NCBI GenBank assembly: GCA_003153355.1
Contig: PLYH01000001.1
Coordinates: 76,294 to 140,293, forward strand
DNA from: Candidatus Peregrinibacteria bacterium
GTDB lineage: Bacteria > Patescibacteriota > Gracilibacteria > UBA1369
Reading direction: 5' to 3'
DNA length: 64,000 nt
How positions within the stretch are numbered: position 1 is the stretch's first letter; each line of letters opens with the position of its first letter. Positions 50,477 to 60,403 of the stretch are shown here, piece by piece. Both the position numbers and the translations under genes were made by a program. The notes below the pieces were generated by a model. The model saw only the letters and a program-made list of their open reading frames with translations. It searched no databases and was not told where the DNA came from.

Positions 50477-50576
50477 AATTTCCTGAAACTCTAAGTATCA
50501 AGAAATTATAACATAAATAAAACATTTAGCAAAGAAGCTGGAAGAAAATTTCCAAGTAAAAAGCTTCAATCAAAAA

Positions 50577-51323
50577 TTAATGTGCCTGGGGTGTAAACAA
50601 AAGACCTACTCCGTAACCCGCAAGGGCTGAAACCATACCGATGATTGCCATCTGAAGACCGGTCTTTCCCCAGCTGCCCACAGTAAGTTTGGCTTTCACC
50701 ATTCCAACCAGAAAAAGCGCAATCGCCGAAACCACCATCGACGTATAAATGCCTGCCTGAACCGGCAGAAAAAAGAAAGGCCATAACGGAATAAGTGAGC
50801 CCAATAAAGCCGAAAAACCGACGATGCCAGCAGCTGATAATGGACGCTTTTCTTCAACCTTGGTAAGATCCAGCTCTTCGCGCATCATTGTTTCCAGCCA
50901 GATCTTTTCATCGGAAACAATAACTTTTACGATATCTTCCAGAAGTTTTCCTTTAAAACCCTTTTGGCGGTAAATTTGGCGGATCTCTTCGGTTTCAAGT
51001 TCCGGGACCTCTTTAATTTCGCGTTTTTCACGCGCCAGTTCACTGAAATAAAAATCACGTTCGGCCAGTTTGGAAGTGTAAGCCACCGCGGCCATGGAAA
51101 TGGATTCGGCAAATGTGGCCGCAAGACCTCCGGCAAGGACAATGCGCGTGTCCTGCGAAGCCGCTGCTACGCCCAAAATAACTCCCAATACATTCACCAG
51201 GCCGTCCTGACCGCCCAAAATAACCTCGCTTAAACGGTTGGTGCGGTGCTGTTCACCGACAAACGGAAGAGCCGGATCAATTTTTATAATTTTCCTGGAA
51301 AGACTTGAGCGCTTTTTTTTCAT
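50577..51323 (-). CDS. VIT1/CCC1 family Fe/Mn transporter
   Basis: ILGGQDGLV, SMAA..Y.S, E.EEI..IY..KG, MMREEL, GSLIPL.PF. Confidence 0.9.
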   Translation of the reverse strand: MKKKRSSLSRKIIKIDPALPFVGEQHRTNRLSEVILGGQDGLVNVLGVILGVAAASQDTRIVLAGGLAATFAESISMAAVAYTSKLAERDFYFSELAREKREIKEVPELETEEIRQIYRQKGFKGKLLEDIVKVIVSDEKIWLETMMREELDLTKVEEKRPLSAAGIVGFSALLGSLIPLWPFFFLPVQAGIYTSMVVSAIALFLVGMVKAKLTVGSWGKTGLQMAIIGMVSALAGYGVGLLFTPQAH

Positions 51324-51356
51324 AATCTTTCAAATGAAAAACTCATGGGCATTATA

Positions 51357-51827
51357 TCACACCAGCTTGAGAATATAAAAAATTCCCGCGCGCCTGTAAT
51401 GCCACAATGGTTTGAGTGAACGCTGAAACCCCGCATGTTCGTAAAAACGGATTGCGTCTTCAAATTGCCGGGCCGTAGAAAGCCAAATTTCGTTATAGCC
51501 CGCAGCTCGGATAAATCCGACGGCTTTTTCATAAAGCTGCTTGCCGAATCCCCGCTTCCGGTACTCGTTCAAAATATAAAAATGACGGAGCTTGCAAACC
51601 TTATTGCTGATTTTACTCACGGCAATTGAACCAACGATCAGTTCGCCTCCCTGCGAATCATCAACCAAAACAAAATACTGGCCGTTTCTTTTGGTGTAAT
51701 ATTGAGGAATGTCCAAAATATCGCGATCCAGGATCTTATCAAACGCCATGCCGAACTCCTTGAGCACCGTATCGTTCAAAGCAATAATGTTTGCTTCATC
51801 GCCCGGTTGATAAGGTCTGATCGCCAT
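51357..51827 (-). CDS. GNAT family N-acetyltransferase
   Basis: YRKRGFGKQL acetyl-CoA motif; AIRFYEHAGF. Confidence 0.9.
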   Translation of the reverse strand: MAIRPYQPGDEANIIALNDTVLKEFGMAFDKILDRDILDIPQYYTKRNGQYFVLVDDSQGGELIVGSIAVSKISNKVCKLRHFYILNEYRKRGFGKQLYEKAVGFIRAAGYNEIWLSTARQFEDAIRFYEHAGFQRSLKPLWHYRRAGIFYILKLV

Positions 51828-51829
51828 AT

Positions 51830-52159
51830 TTATTTTTCAAGCAAAGCATCAATCTTGGCCGCCAGAATAAAATCGTTCTCGGTAAGTCCGCCTACTTTAT
51901 GCGTACTCATCTGCAAACGGACCCGGTTATAAAAAACAAACATGTCGGGATGATGGCCTTCCTGCTCGGCAAGATCGCCCACTTTGCGGATAAAACCCAT
52001 GGACTCCTTGAAATTCTTAAAACGGAACTCCCGTTCAATGGATTTTTGATGAAGCGTCCATTGGGAAATCTCCTTGTGATAAGCCTGAGCCTCAATTTTA
52101 GGAAGCACCTGCATATCGCCCGTTTCGGGGGGAACGCAATGTTTTTTGAGTAAATTCAT
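51830..52159 (-). CDS. phhB: Pterin-4-alpha-carbinolamine dehydratase
   Basis: F.FKNF, AEQEGHHPD, THKVGGLTENDFILAAKID. Confidence 0.92.
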   Translation of the reverse strand: MNLLKKHCVPPETGDMQVLPKIEAQAYHKEISQWTLHQKSIEREFRFKNFKESMGFIRKVGDLAEQEGHHPDMFVFYNRVRLQMSTHKVGGLTENDFILAAKIDALLEK

Positions 52160-52191
52160 GGCAAAAAAAATAAAACGCCTATACCTTACTC

Positions 52192-52869
52192 TTATTTAAT
52201 GAAAGATGGAATCTTCGGCAGTTTAATCTTTTTAAGAGGAGGATCGGGAGGCGGCCTCAAACTAAAATGCAAATAAATAATAACGCTTAATAATGCAGAG
52301 AAAAAGCACCAGACCGAAAAACAGCTCACCGTATAAAATTGAAAGGCAATGAAGAAAGAAATAAAAAGCGCCAATCCGAAAATTTTCACGTAGCGATGAC
52401 TCGAAAAAGCACAACAGAGACATACTGTCATCAAATACAGAATCATCAAAATATTCGCGAAAGATTCAGGAACAATGTAAACGATACTGTTGCCGGCGAT
52501 AAGAGAATAAACCGGCACGGTACAAATAATATAAAGCTGCGAAAATCCGACCGCCACGCCGATGCCAAAAAAGAACACCAGAATCTTTCTCCGGATCTGG
52601 TCATGCTCCAAAGTCATAATTGCAAAAGGGAGCCAGATCGGCCAAAAAACGTGAGGAAAAAGCACAAACGCATAACTCATGGCCGTGTTGAACCATACCG
52701 AACCGAAAGAGACCCAGACAAATCCTTCAATAATCTGCTGGATACCGAAGATTAAGGGAAAGAGCGCAAAAGGAAGCTCGGTCTTATCACGAACTTTTTT
52801 GAGCGTCATCACGCCACCGGCAGTTAACACACCACCGGCGACAAAACTCACCGGCGCGGAAAAACACAT
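52192..52869 (-). CDS. Multi-TM membrane protein (MCFSA-start family, DUF6629-like)
   Basis: MCFSAPVSF, P.IFGIQQIIEGFVW, FSVWCFFSA. Confidence 0.75.
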   Translation of the reverse strand: MCFSAPVSFVAGGVLTAGGVMTLKKVRDKTELPFALFPLIFGIQQIIEGFVWVSFGSVWFNTAMSYAFVLFPHVFWPIWLPFAIMTLEHDQIRRKILVFFFGIGVAVGFSQLYIICTVPVYSLIAGNSIVYIVPESFANILMILYLMTVCLCCAFSSHRYVKIFGLALFISFFIAFQFYTVSCFSVWCFFSALLSVIIYLHFSLRPPPDPPLKKIKLPKIPSFIK

Positions 52870-52878
52870 AAAGAAAAA

Positions 52879-53424
52879 TTATTTTTGTAAACGGTCATGC
52901 CAAACAACAAGGGCTTCAAGCATCTCTTTAATTTTATCGCGGGTTTTCTGATCCGTTAATTTTCCGTTCTGGTCAAACTTATCGGCCGCCGTTGGAACCA
53001 TAACTTCCGGCCTGTTGAGAGCGTGAACGTTCAAAAACACAAAAGTCTGGCGGAGGTGATACTGCGCACGCGCGGTCGCGGTCATGCCGCCCGATGCACC
53101 CATGATGGCCGCCGGCTTATCTTCAAAACTGTTGGTGCCGTAGGGACGTGATCCCCAGTCAAGAGCGTTCTTTAAAACACCCGGAATGGAATAATTGAAT
53201 TCAGGCGTAGCGATCAGAATGGCATCAGCTGCTTTAACTTTCGCCTTAAAATCCACGACTGCAGCAGGAAGATTCATCTCCAGGTCCTGATTAAAAAGCG
53301 GCAGCTGGCCGATATCAAGAATCTCAATTTCCATGCCTTGTGGCGCAAGCTCCTGGGCGGCGATTAAAAGCCCGTGGTTGAAAGAACCTTTGCGAAGACT
53401 CCCGGTAAATGCAGCAATTTTCAT
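52879..53424 (-). CDS. NADPH-dependent FMN reductase (ChrR-like)
   Basis: GSLRKGSFN, TPEFNYSIPGVLKNALDW.SRP. Confidence 0.93.
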   Translation of the reverse strand: MKIAAFTGSLRKGSFNHGLLIAAQELAPQGMEIEILDIGQLPLFNQDLEMNLPAAVVDFKAKVKAADAILIATPEFNYSIPGVLKNALDWGSRPYGTNSFEDKPAAIMGASGGMTATARAQYHLRQTFVFLNVHALNRPEVMVPTAADKFDQNGKLTDQKTRDKIKEMLEALVVWHDRLQK

Positions 53425-53610
53425 GAAAAACAAAATAAAAAATAAAAATCCGGGAATACTTTCTTTACAAAATCAAGTATAAGCGAAATCTAATTTTATT
53501 GCAAATGTCAGCCATTTAAGGAGCATTCAACCTTTCTGGATGCACCCAAAAAAAATCCCCTGACGTATTAAAAACTGCAATTGCAAATTTTATTCATTCA
53601 CCACGGCAAT

Positions 53611-54321
53611 ATGAAAAAACTATCGAACGCGCAAAAAATAGCGATTGGAGCGGCTGCAATCAGCACGCTGGCGGGAGCTTCGCTCATACCGACCACGCTG
53701 GCGGCAGCGAACACTCAGCAGCCCCACGGTCACCATATGCAGGGCGGAAAAATGGGAATGAGGCATGCAGGCATGAATTTCGGACAGATCACAACAATCA
53801 GCGGGAATACACTGACCGTTCAATCCAAAAACGGAACGACTTTCACCGTTGATGCCACCAGCGCAAAGGTTATGGTCAACGGACAGGCTTCATCGGTAAG
53901 CGGACTCGCAGTCAATGATCAAATTTTAGTTCAAGGACAACCGGCTTCAGCAGGTTCAACCCAAATTACCGCGCAGGCCATCTTTAAAGGAATCATGAAT
54001 TTCGGACCGAAAGACATCACGTTCGGAGAGATCACCCTGGTAAACGGCAACACAATCACCGTTCAATCCAAAAACGGAACGGCCTTCACCGTTGATGCCA
54101 CCAGCGCCAAAATCATGGTCAACGGACAAGTTTCTTCGTTAAGCGCACTCGCGGTAAACGATCAGATTGTAGTAAAAGGCCAGCCGGTTGCACAGGGTTC
54201 GACACAAATCACTGCCCAGGCCATTTTCAAAGGACCCATGAAAAAAGGTCCACAAATGGGGATGAGAGGACATCACGGAAAAATGAAACCTGTAACCCAG
54301 CCTCCACTACAAAACCAGTAA
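53611..54321 (+). CDS. Secreted protein with two DUF5666-like OB-fold repeats (C-terminus probably frameshifted)
   Basis: Signal peptide; two near-identical units FG.IT...GNT.TVQSKNGT.FTVDATSAK...QITAQAIFKG. Confidence 0.8.
   Translation: MKKLSNAQKIAIGAAAISTLAGASLIPTTLAAANTQQPHGHHMQGGKMGMRHAGMNFGQITTISGNTLTVQSKNGTTFTVDATSAKVMVNGQASSVSGLAVNDQILVQGQPASAGSTQITAQAIFKGIMNFGPKDITFGEITLVNGNTITVQSKNGTAFTVDATSAKIMVNGQVSSLSALAVNDQIVVKGQPVAQGSTQITAQAIFKGPMKKGPQMGMRGHHGKMKPVTQPPLQNQ
53779..54234 (+). repeat. Intragenic tandem duplication, period 243 nt
   Basis: Units start at 53779 and 54022 and share long identical DNA stretches such as ACCGTTCAATCCAAAAACGGAACG. Confidence 0.9.
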
Positions 54322-54399
54322 CCCATTCTTCTCAGGACAACACGACACCGACGAGCGCCAATCAGACGCCGCCGAGCAGTTCAAGTTCATAAATATGTG

Positions 54400-54429
54400 A
54401 AAGGCCCTCAAAATAACGAGGGCCTTTTT
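54400..54429 (+). terminator. Intrinsic terminator
   Basis: AAAGGCCCTC-8nt-GAGGGCCTTTTT. Confidence 0.85.
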
Positions 54430-54468
54430 CTTGTTGAAAAAAATCTCCGGAAACGTAAGAATAAACCT

Positions 54469-55119
54469 ATGAAAAACAAACAAACTCAACATCATGAAAA
54501 GGGCTGGGAACGTGGGCGCATTACCTCATTGAGTGACGGCGTTTTCTCATTTTCCATCACACTGCTGGTCATCAATCTTTTAAGCATTTCATTTCCGTCG
54601 GGAAATCAGCCGCTCTTTCCTACTCTTGCGGCGAACTGGCCGATTTTCTTAAGTTATTTCATCAGTTTTATCGTTGTGGGAAGATACTGGATGGCACACG
54701 CCCGGCTTTTTCAGAACATCCAGGATTTTGACGGAACATTATTCAACCTCAATTTACTGCTACTGTTTTTCATCGCCGTACTCCCCTTTCCCACGGAAAT
54801 TTTGGGCACGCACATCAACGACCGCGATGCCATTATCTTCTACGCTTTTATGCTCGCCTGCACGGGTTTTGCGGAATATGCGATCGGTTTCCATGCCTAT
54901 CATCATCACAAACTGATGCGCCAAAACCAGTCGGAAAAATTCCTGAAAGTGTTTAATTTTATCTATCTGGGCACACCGATTATTTTTCTGGTTTCAATAG
55001 CGGTGGCTTTATGGTCGCCCTCAGCAGCGGAAATTTTATGGATTCTGATTGTTTTCATCAAAATCATGAGCCGCGGCGCCATCGGCAAAAAAAACTCCGC
55101 CGAAATGGCAAAACTTTAA
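54469..55119 (+). CDS. TMEM175 (DUF1211) family K+ channel
   Basis: R..SLSDGVFSFSITLL signature, SYFISF..VG.YW..H, LPFPT; start moved to MKNKQT. Confidence 0.88.
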   Translation: MKNKQTQHHEKGWERGRITSLSDGVFSFSITLLVINLLSISFPSGNQPLFPTLAANWPIFLSYFISFIVVGRYWMAHARLFQNIQDFDGTLFNLNLLLLFFIAVLPFPTEILGTHINDRDAIIFYAFMLACTGFAEYAIGFHAYHHHKLMRQNQSEKFLKVFNFIYLGTPIIFLVSIAVALWSPSAAEILWILIVFIKIMSRGAIGKKNSAEMAKL

Positions 55120-55688
55120 GCCCGCTTTTTACGGACGATAAAAAAGGTCAAAAGCCCGTTCATCAAAAAAATGTAGAGAGGAAAAGCGAAATACTGGAAC
55201 GCCCATTGCTGAATGGTCAGGAGAGTTATGACAGCGCTCAAGGAACCGCACAAATAAATGATATAATTCTCAGTTTGAGGATACCGGTAAGATTTCACCA
55301 CGGTCGGCACGGCAGCAAGCCCGTCGGCAAGAACACTGAACAGAATGGCCACATTGGCGTCATTGGTCAGTTGCCAGCAGACTAAAGCCAAAAGCGCCAC
55401 CGCTCCGCAAACGTAATCCAGAGTCCCAAGTTTCCACACGGCTTTTTTACTGAAAAAAGAAGCGATCAGAATGAGCGCGGGATTAAAACCCACCATGAAC
55501 GTCAAAAGTGATTGGATACCGACGCCCTTCTGAATTTCCGCCAAAAAACCGATTGTCGGAAAAAGCATCCACAGAAACCAGGTCACGCGGTTTGGCTGAG
55601 CTTTTCCCTGAAGCGTGTCCTTTAAATACGTCGTACCTCCCAAAAAACTGAGGATAACCGCAAGATAGACAAAATTCTGATTGATCAT
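55116..55688 (-). CDS. Hypothetical multi-TM membrane protein
   Basis: Y.KDT..GK.QPNRVTW.LW and D..A.VPT..KSY..P.TE motifs; start moved to MINQNF. Confidence 0.8.
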   Translation of the reverse strand: MINQNFVYLAVILSFLGGTTYLKDTLQGKAQPNRVTWFLWMLFPTIGFLAEIQKGVGIQSLLTFMVGFNPALILIASFFSKKAVWKLGTLDYVCGAVALLALVCWQLTNDANVAILFSVLADGLAAVPTVVKSYRYPQTENYIIYLCGSLSAVITLLTIQQWAFQYFAFPLYIFLMNGLLTFFIVRKKRA

Positions 55689-55728
55689 GGACTGATGTAT
55701 GATATTAACCGTAGAGTATACTGTGATC

Positions 55729-56247
55729 ATGAAACTCGCCACCAAAAAACGATGCGCCTGGGCCGAAAAGGGCAGTGAACTCGACATGCTTTACCATGAC
55801 AAGGAGTGGGGTGTTCCTTTGCACGACGACCGCCTGCTTTTTGAATTTTTGATTCTGGAAGGAGCGCAGGCCGGGTTAAGCTGGTCAACGATTCTTAAAA
55901 AAAGAAACAACTACCGCAAAGCTTTTGATAATTTTAATGCCGAAAAAGTTGCCCGCTATGACGCAAAAAAGATCGCCCAGCTTTTAAAGAATGAAGGCCT
56001 GATCCGCAACCGTCTCAAAATTGCGGGCACGGTTCAAAACGCCAAAGCTTTCCTCAAAATCCAGAAAGAGTTCGGCAGTTTTGACCAATACATCTGGCAA
56101 TTCGCAAAAAAGAAAGCCTTCGAAACGATGAGCAAAGAGCTCAAAAAACGCGGATTTACCTTTGTGGGTCCGACGATCTGCTATGCTTTTATGCAGGCAA
56201 CGGGTATGGTGAACGACCATGCCGCTGATTGTTTCCGGCATAAATAA
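55729..56247 (+). CDS. tag: DNA-3-methyladenine glycosylase I
   Basis: RCAW, YHD.EWG.P, LEGAQAGLSW, IRNRLKI, GF.FVGPT, NDH...C; start moved to MKLATK. Confidence 0.96.
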   Translation: MKLATKKRCAWAEKGSELDMLYHDKEWGVPLHDDRLLFEFLILEGAQAGLSWSTILKKRNNYRKAFDNFNAEKVARYDAKKIAQLLKNEGLIRNRLKIAGTVQNAKAFLKIQKEFGSFDQYIWQFAKKKAFETMSKELKKRGFTFVGPTICYAFMQATGMVNDHAADCFRHK

Positions 56248-56270
56248 CGCTTAACTGCTATGATGCACGT

Positions 56271-56837
56271 ATGAATATAAAAACTGCAAAGTTTATCAAG
56301 GGCGCGGTGGGACCCGATGAAATTTTTGAAAACGGCAAACCTCAGGTTGCTTTTATCGGCCGGTCCAACGTGGGAAAATCCAGCGTCATCAACTCTTTGA
56401 CCGGACAGAAAGGTTTGGCAAAGACCAGTTCTTTTCCGGGGCGTACCCAGGAAATAAATATCTTCCTGATCAATAAATCTTTTTATCTCATCGATTTGCC
56501 GGGATACGGATTCGCCAGGATGTCGGGAAGAGGACGGAAGCAGCTCGGTGAATTGATCAACTGGTACCTGTTTGAATCAGGCTATGAACAGAAAGCAATC
56601 GTGTTTATTATCGATGCGGAGGTCGGCCCGACCGATAAAGATTTAGGCATGCTTGAGTGTCTTGAAGAAGCGCAAAAAAATATTGTCATTATCGCCAATA
56701 AAATCGACAAAATAAAAAAATCGGAATACAAAAAACGGCTTCAAAAAATTCAGACGCTGGTCGGCGCCCATAAAGTTATCCCCTATTCCTCGGAAAAGAA
56801 AATCGGCATCAACGTCTTACTTCAAGAAATTTTCTGA
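56271..56837 (+). CDS. engB: Ribosome biogenesis GTPase YihA/EngB
   Basis: GRSNVGKSS, PGRT, DLPGYG, NKIDK. Confidence 0.95.
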   Translation: MNIKTAKFIKGAVGPDEIFENGKPQVAFIGRSNVGKSSVINSLTGQKGLAKTSSFPGRTQEINIFLINKSFYLIDLPGYGFARMSGRGRKQLGELINWYLFESGYEQKAIVFIIDAEVGPTDKDLGMLECLEEAQKNIVIIANKIDKIKKSEYKKRLQKIQTLVGAHKVIPYSSEKKIGINVLLQEIF

Positions 56838-56840
56838 TTC

Positions 56841-57308
56841 CTAGAATTTTCCAGCCGGATTCCGATAGTTGATCAACCATTCCGCCGGAGTGATATAGGT
56901 ATGAGTTTTAGTGTCCAAAACATCAAGCTGGGTTTCCTGCCTGTCCACTCTGAACTTAACGATCTGGTTGCCGCCGTCGCAGCCGACGCTGAACCAGACC
57001 ACTCCATGATAATAGGTATCAACCGGGGCAGCATCGTCTGACATATAATAAAACCCGCTTCCGCAGCGGCTGAACATATCCTTTTGGATTTTGTTGTATG
57101 TACTCAAAGGATCAAGCAGTTCGGTTTGAACGAGTGCGGATCCTTTATCGGTGAGGTCCCACTGAGCAGTAACGACAGGAGGAGCGGGCGGTACGTCCTG
57201 AACAACCGGAGCAGGCATCGGCGCAACCGGGGTAGTATTCATCATCGATCCACTCTGCGGCATAGCAACAAGCAAGAGCGAAAGAAAACCTAAAAAGAAA
57301 CTGTTCAT
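56841..57308 (-). CDS. Small secreted hypothetical protein
   Basis: Signal-like N-terminus, Pro-rich linker, one Cys pair. Confidence 0.7.
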   Translation of the reverse strand: MNSFFLGFLSLLLVAMPQSGSMMNTTPVAPMPAPVVQDVPPAPPVVTAQWDLTDKGSALVQTELLDPLSTYNKIQKDMFSRCGSGFYYMSDDAAPVDTYYHGVVWFSVGCDGGNQIVKFRVDRQETQLDVLDTKTHTYITPAEWLINYRNPAGKF

Positions 57309-57320
57309 GGGAGAAAAAAA

Positions 57321-57983
57321 TTAGTGATTGAGAAGATTGAGCAATGTATCCTTAAGCGTTTTTTTCTTGGGATATTTCCAGACAATGATGAGCTGTGCGA
57401 CGGCAAGATTGATCATCCAGCTTAACCAGGCCACCAGAATCAGGATCAATGCCAATTTTATATGAAAAACCAGCGAAAGCATAGGTGTGAGTATCCGCAA
57501 GGTAACGGCCGCAAAACAAAGAGCATAACTGCGGATCATCCAGCGGATGTGCGACTTTAAATCTTTCTTCATGATGGCGCGGAGTGCAAGCCAGGTCGTG
57601 CCGACCCATAAAAAAGCCATAATCATAAAACCAAGGTCCGCCCACGGGCCGCCGTTTGCAAAAAACGCCATGAAAAAACCGGCCGGGCCTCCCAAAAATA
57701 AAATAGCCGCAACGTATATTTTTCCGAGCTGACGGTGCAGTTTTAAATGTTTCGCCCTAAACTTTTCCAGAAACTGGAACGGACCGACCGCCAAAGCGAT
57801 CAAGCCGCCGGTGATATGAGTATAGAACGCCAGGCGCCAAGGTATAAAGTTCACAACCTCCTTCTTGGCCAGAAGAAAATAAATATCGGGCCTGAACGAA
57901 AAATAAACAAGCGTGGCCGCGCTCAGATAAAGCGCCATCAACATCATCAGAATCCAGCCGAACCATACAAGAAATTTTTGCAT
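57321..57983 (-). CDS. DUF2306-like membrane protein
   Basis: FY.HI..G...L..GP.QF, HR.LGKIY, H..WMIRSYAL..AAVTLR. Confidence 0.85.
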   Translation of the reverse strand: MQKFLVWFGWILMMLMALYLSAATLVYFSFRPDIYFLLAKKEVVNFIPWRLAFYTHITGGLIALAVGPFQFLEKFRAKHLKLHRQLGKIYVAAILFLGGPAGFFMAFFANGGPWADLGFMIMAFLWVGTTWLALRAIMKKDLKSHIRWMIRSYALCFAAVTLRILTPMLSLVFHIKLALILILVAWLSWMINLAVAQLIIVWKYPKKKTLKDTLLNLLNH

Positions 57984-58000
57984 ACAAGCGGGATCAACAT

Positions 58001-59464
58001 TTATTTATCCAGATCGAGAATTTCATCGATGCGGATCTGGGAAACAAATTCCGGAACGTGCGAAACAAGGATCATCGCGCCTTCGTATTCGTTGAGCGCG
58101 GCGGCGATAACGGGCAGATGACGGAAATTAATGTGGTTGGTCGGCTCATCCAGAATGAGCAGGCCGGGTTTCTGCAAAACCAGGCGGGCAAAGGCAACCA
58201 GGCCTTTCTGCCCTTCCGAAAGATTTCCGATTTTGCTGTGAATCACCTCTTTGTTCAAAAGAAACCCGGCCGCGACCGAACGGAGATTTTCTTCAAGCAC
58301 TTCGTCGCCGGATGATTTCAGCGCGGCATGAAGAGACTGATGAACGGTATCTTCAAAATTCAGCGTGGAAAAATCCTGACGGTAGTACCCTACGCGGATA
58401 TCGCTGCCAATCGTGGCGTTTTTTGACTTTTCCGTAGCTAACGATTCAAGCAGGGTGCTCTTGCCGATGCCGTTCGGCCCGGTAAGGAGCAGATGCTGAT
58501 TTTTTCTCAAAACAATATTCCCCTTTTTCAAAGTCGGCTTGTGGTTTTTAATGACGTTATAGGCCGTAATTTTAATGATCTCGCCCACGATGTCTTCCTG
58601 CGCGGGAATGGTAAACTGCCTGATCGTCTTGTCTTCGCGGCGCACGTCCACTTTATTTTCTTCAAACTCCTCGGCCTTTTCGCGCATGCGCTTGGCCACG
58701 AGCCTGAGCTTGCCTCCTTTATTGGCGAAAAAATTCGCTTTCTCTTTATTCTCCTGGATTCCTTTGGCGAGCTGGGCATTCTTTCGATTTTCCTTCTCAA
58801 TACGGGCGGCAATTTCAGCCACCGCATCAAAATAATTTCCCACATACTGCTCAACAGTTCGCGTAAAAACATCCAGATACAAAACTCCTTCCGTAAAAGC
58901 GTTCAAAAAGTCCTCATCATGCGAAATAACGATGCAGGTTTTCGGATAGTTGATAATAAAATCGGTCAGATGTTCAATGCCGGCCCTGTCCAGATTGTTG
59001 GTGGGCTCGTCGAGCAGCAGCAGATCCGGATCCTGAATCAGCGCCGAAGCAAGCAAAAGTCTGGCCTGCTGTCCGCCGGAAAAAGAACTGATGATCCGGT
59101 CATGCGGAGCGTGAAGATTCACGATTTCAAGGACGTCATCAATCAAACGGTCGATATCGTATTTTTTCTCTTTAAAATTTTTCTGGAAAAATTCCTGAAC
59201 GGACAGCCCTCTGTCTTGCTGGCGGATGACCTGGTGCGCGGTGGCAATCGTAAGGCGCGGGACCACGTTGACTGAACCGGATTCCGGCCTCAGCGCACCG
59301 CTGATGAGTTTAAAAATGGTACTTTTTCCCGCGCCGTTCTGGCCCATGAAGGTAATCTTCGTTCCGCGGCGGACGGAAAAACTGGCTTCTTTCAAAAGAG
59401 GCTTGTCGTGTTCGAACTCAAACGACACGGCATCAAAACTGACAATGGTTTCATTATTAGACAT
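58001..59464 (-). CDS. ABC-F family ATP-binding protein
   Basis: Two ABC domains (GQNGAGKST/FSGGQ/LDEPTN and GPNGIGKST/LSEGQ/LDEPTN), no TM; start moved to MSNNET. Confidence 0.93.
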   Translation of the reverse strand: MSNNETIVSFDAVSFEFEHDKPLLKEASFSVRRGTKITFMGQNGAGKSTIFKLISGALRPESGSVNVVPRLTIATAHQVIRQQDRGLSVQEFFQKNFKEKKYDIDRLIDDVLEIVNLHAPHDRIISSFSGGQQARLLLASALIQDPDLLLLDEPTNNLDRAGIEHLTDFIINYPKTCIVISHDEDFLNAFTEGVLYLDVFTRTVEQYVGNYFDAVAEIAARIEKENRKNAQLAKGIQENKEKANFFANKGGKLRLVAKRMREKAEEFEENKVDVRREDKTIRQFTIPAQEDIVGEIIKITAYNVIKNHKPTLKKGNIVLRKNQHLLLTGPNGIGKSTLLESLATEKSKNATIGSDIRVGYYRQDFSTLNFEDTVHQSLHAALKSSGDEVLEENLRSVAAGFLLNKEVIHSKIGNLSEGQKGLVAFARLVLQKPGLLILDEPTNHINFRHLPVIAAALNEYEGAMILVSHVPEFVSQIRIDEILDLDK

Positions 59465-59547
59465 AGTGTTGGTATGCGGCAAAAATAAGATCAGGCCAGA
59501 GAGTAGCGCATTTGGCTGAAATTAGAAAGTCGTAGTATATTGCCCCC

Positions 59548-60387
59548 ATGAATCCGATCTACAAATGCCCGGTTTGCGCGAACCCTCTCAATAAAACTGA
59601 AAACGTTTTTAGCTGTGTCCTAAAACACAGTTTTGATATTTCAAAAGAAGGTTACGTGAACCTCCTGCTTGCGAACCAAAAAAGAACAAAAGAGCCCGGA
59701 GACAATAAAGAAATGATCAAAAACCGGGAATATTTTCTGGAACAGGGCTATTACGATAAATTATCCGACAAACTCAATGAAATAATTTCAGGATGTATTG
59801 ATAAATCCCGCACACTCAATAAAAACACTGCGGATATTTTAGATTTAGGCTGCGGCGAAGGATTTTACAGCGCCAAACTGCAGACAAAACTCAAGGATCG
59901 CATCAATTTATACGGAATCGACATTTCCAAAGCCGCAATTCAAAAGGCAGCAAAGAAAAATCCCGACATTCAGTTTTGCATCGGGAGCAATTTCAAACTC
60001 CCTTACCTCAATGAATCTTTAGATCTCATTTTTTCCATTTTCGCGCCGTTCGACGTTCAGGAACTCCTGCGGGTTTTGAAACCAGGAGGAAAAATCATCG
60101 TTGTCCGCCCCGGCGCAAACCATTTAAAAGAACTGGCATCCCTGCTCTATGAAAAATTCGAACTGCAGGGAAACACTTCAAATTTAGCTGAAAATCTCAA
60201 AATGGAGCCTCAGCAAACATTTGAAGTAAAATATGAAATTCACCTCAAAAACACCCGCGACATTGAAAGCCTGATCGGAATGACTCCCTATTTCTGGTCT
60301 TTAAATGAAGAAAAAAAACTGCTCCTGGCTCAGCAAAAAGAATTTATAACAACTTTAGATTTCCGGCTGTTATTATTCCAAAAATAA
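59548..60387 (+). CDS. rlmA: 23S rRNA m1G745/G748 methyltransferase RlmA-like
   Basis: CPVC...C..KHSFD..KEGYVNLL, PGDNKEM, LDLGCGEGFY, MTPYFW. Confidence 0.9.
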   Translation: MNPIYKCPVCANPLNKTENVFSCVLKHSFDISKEGYVNLLLANQKRTKEPGDNKEMIKNREYFLEQGYYDKLSDKLNEIISGCIDKSRTLNKNTADILDLGCGEGFYSAKLQTKLKDRINLYGIDISKAAIQKAAKKNPDIQFCIGSNFKLPYLNESLDLIFSIFAPFDVQELLRVLKPGGKIIVVRPGANHLKELASLLYEKFELQGNTSNLAENLKMEPQQTFEVKYEIHLKNTRDIESLIGMTPYFWSLNEEKKLLLAQQKEFITTLDFRLLLFQK

Positions 60388-60403
60388 GAGGTACAATCCA
60401 CCT

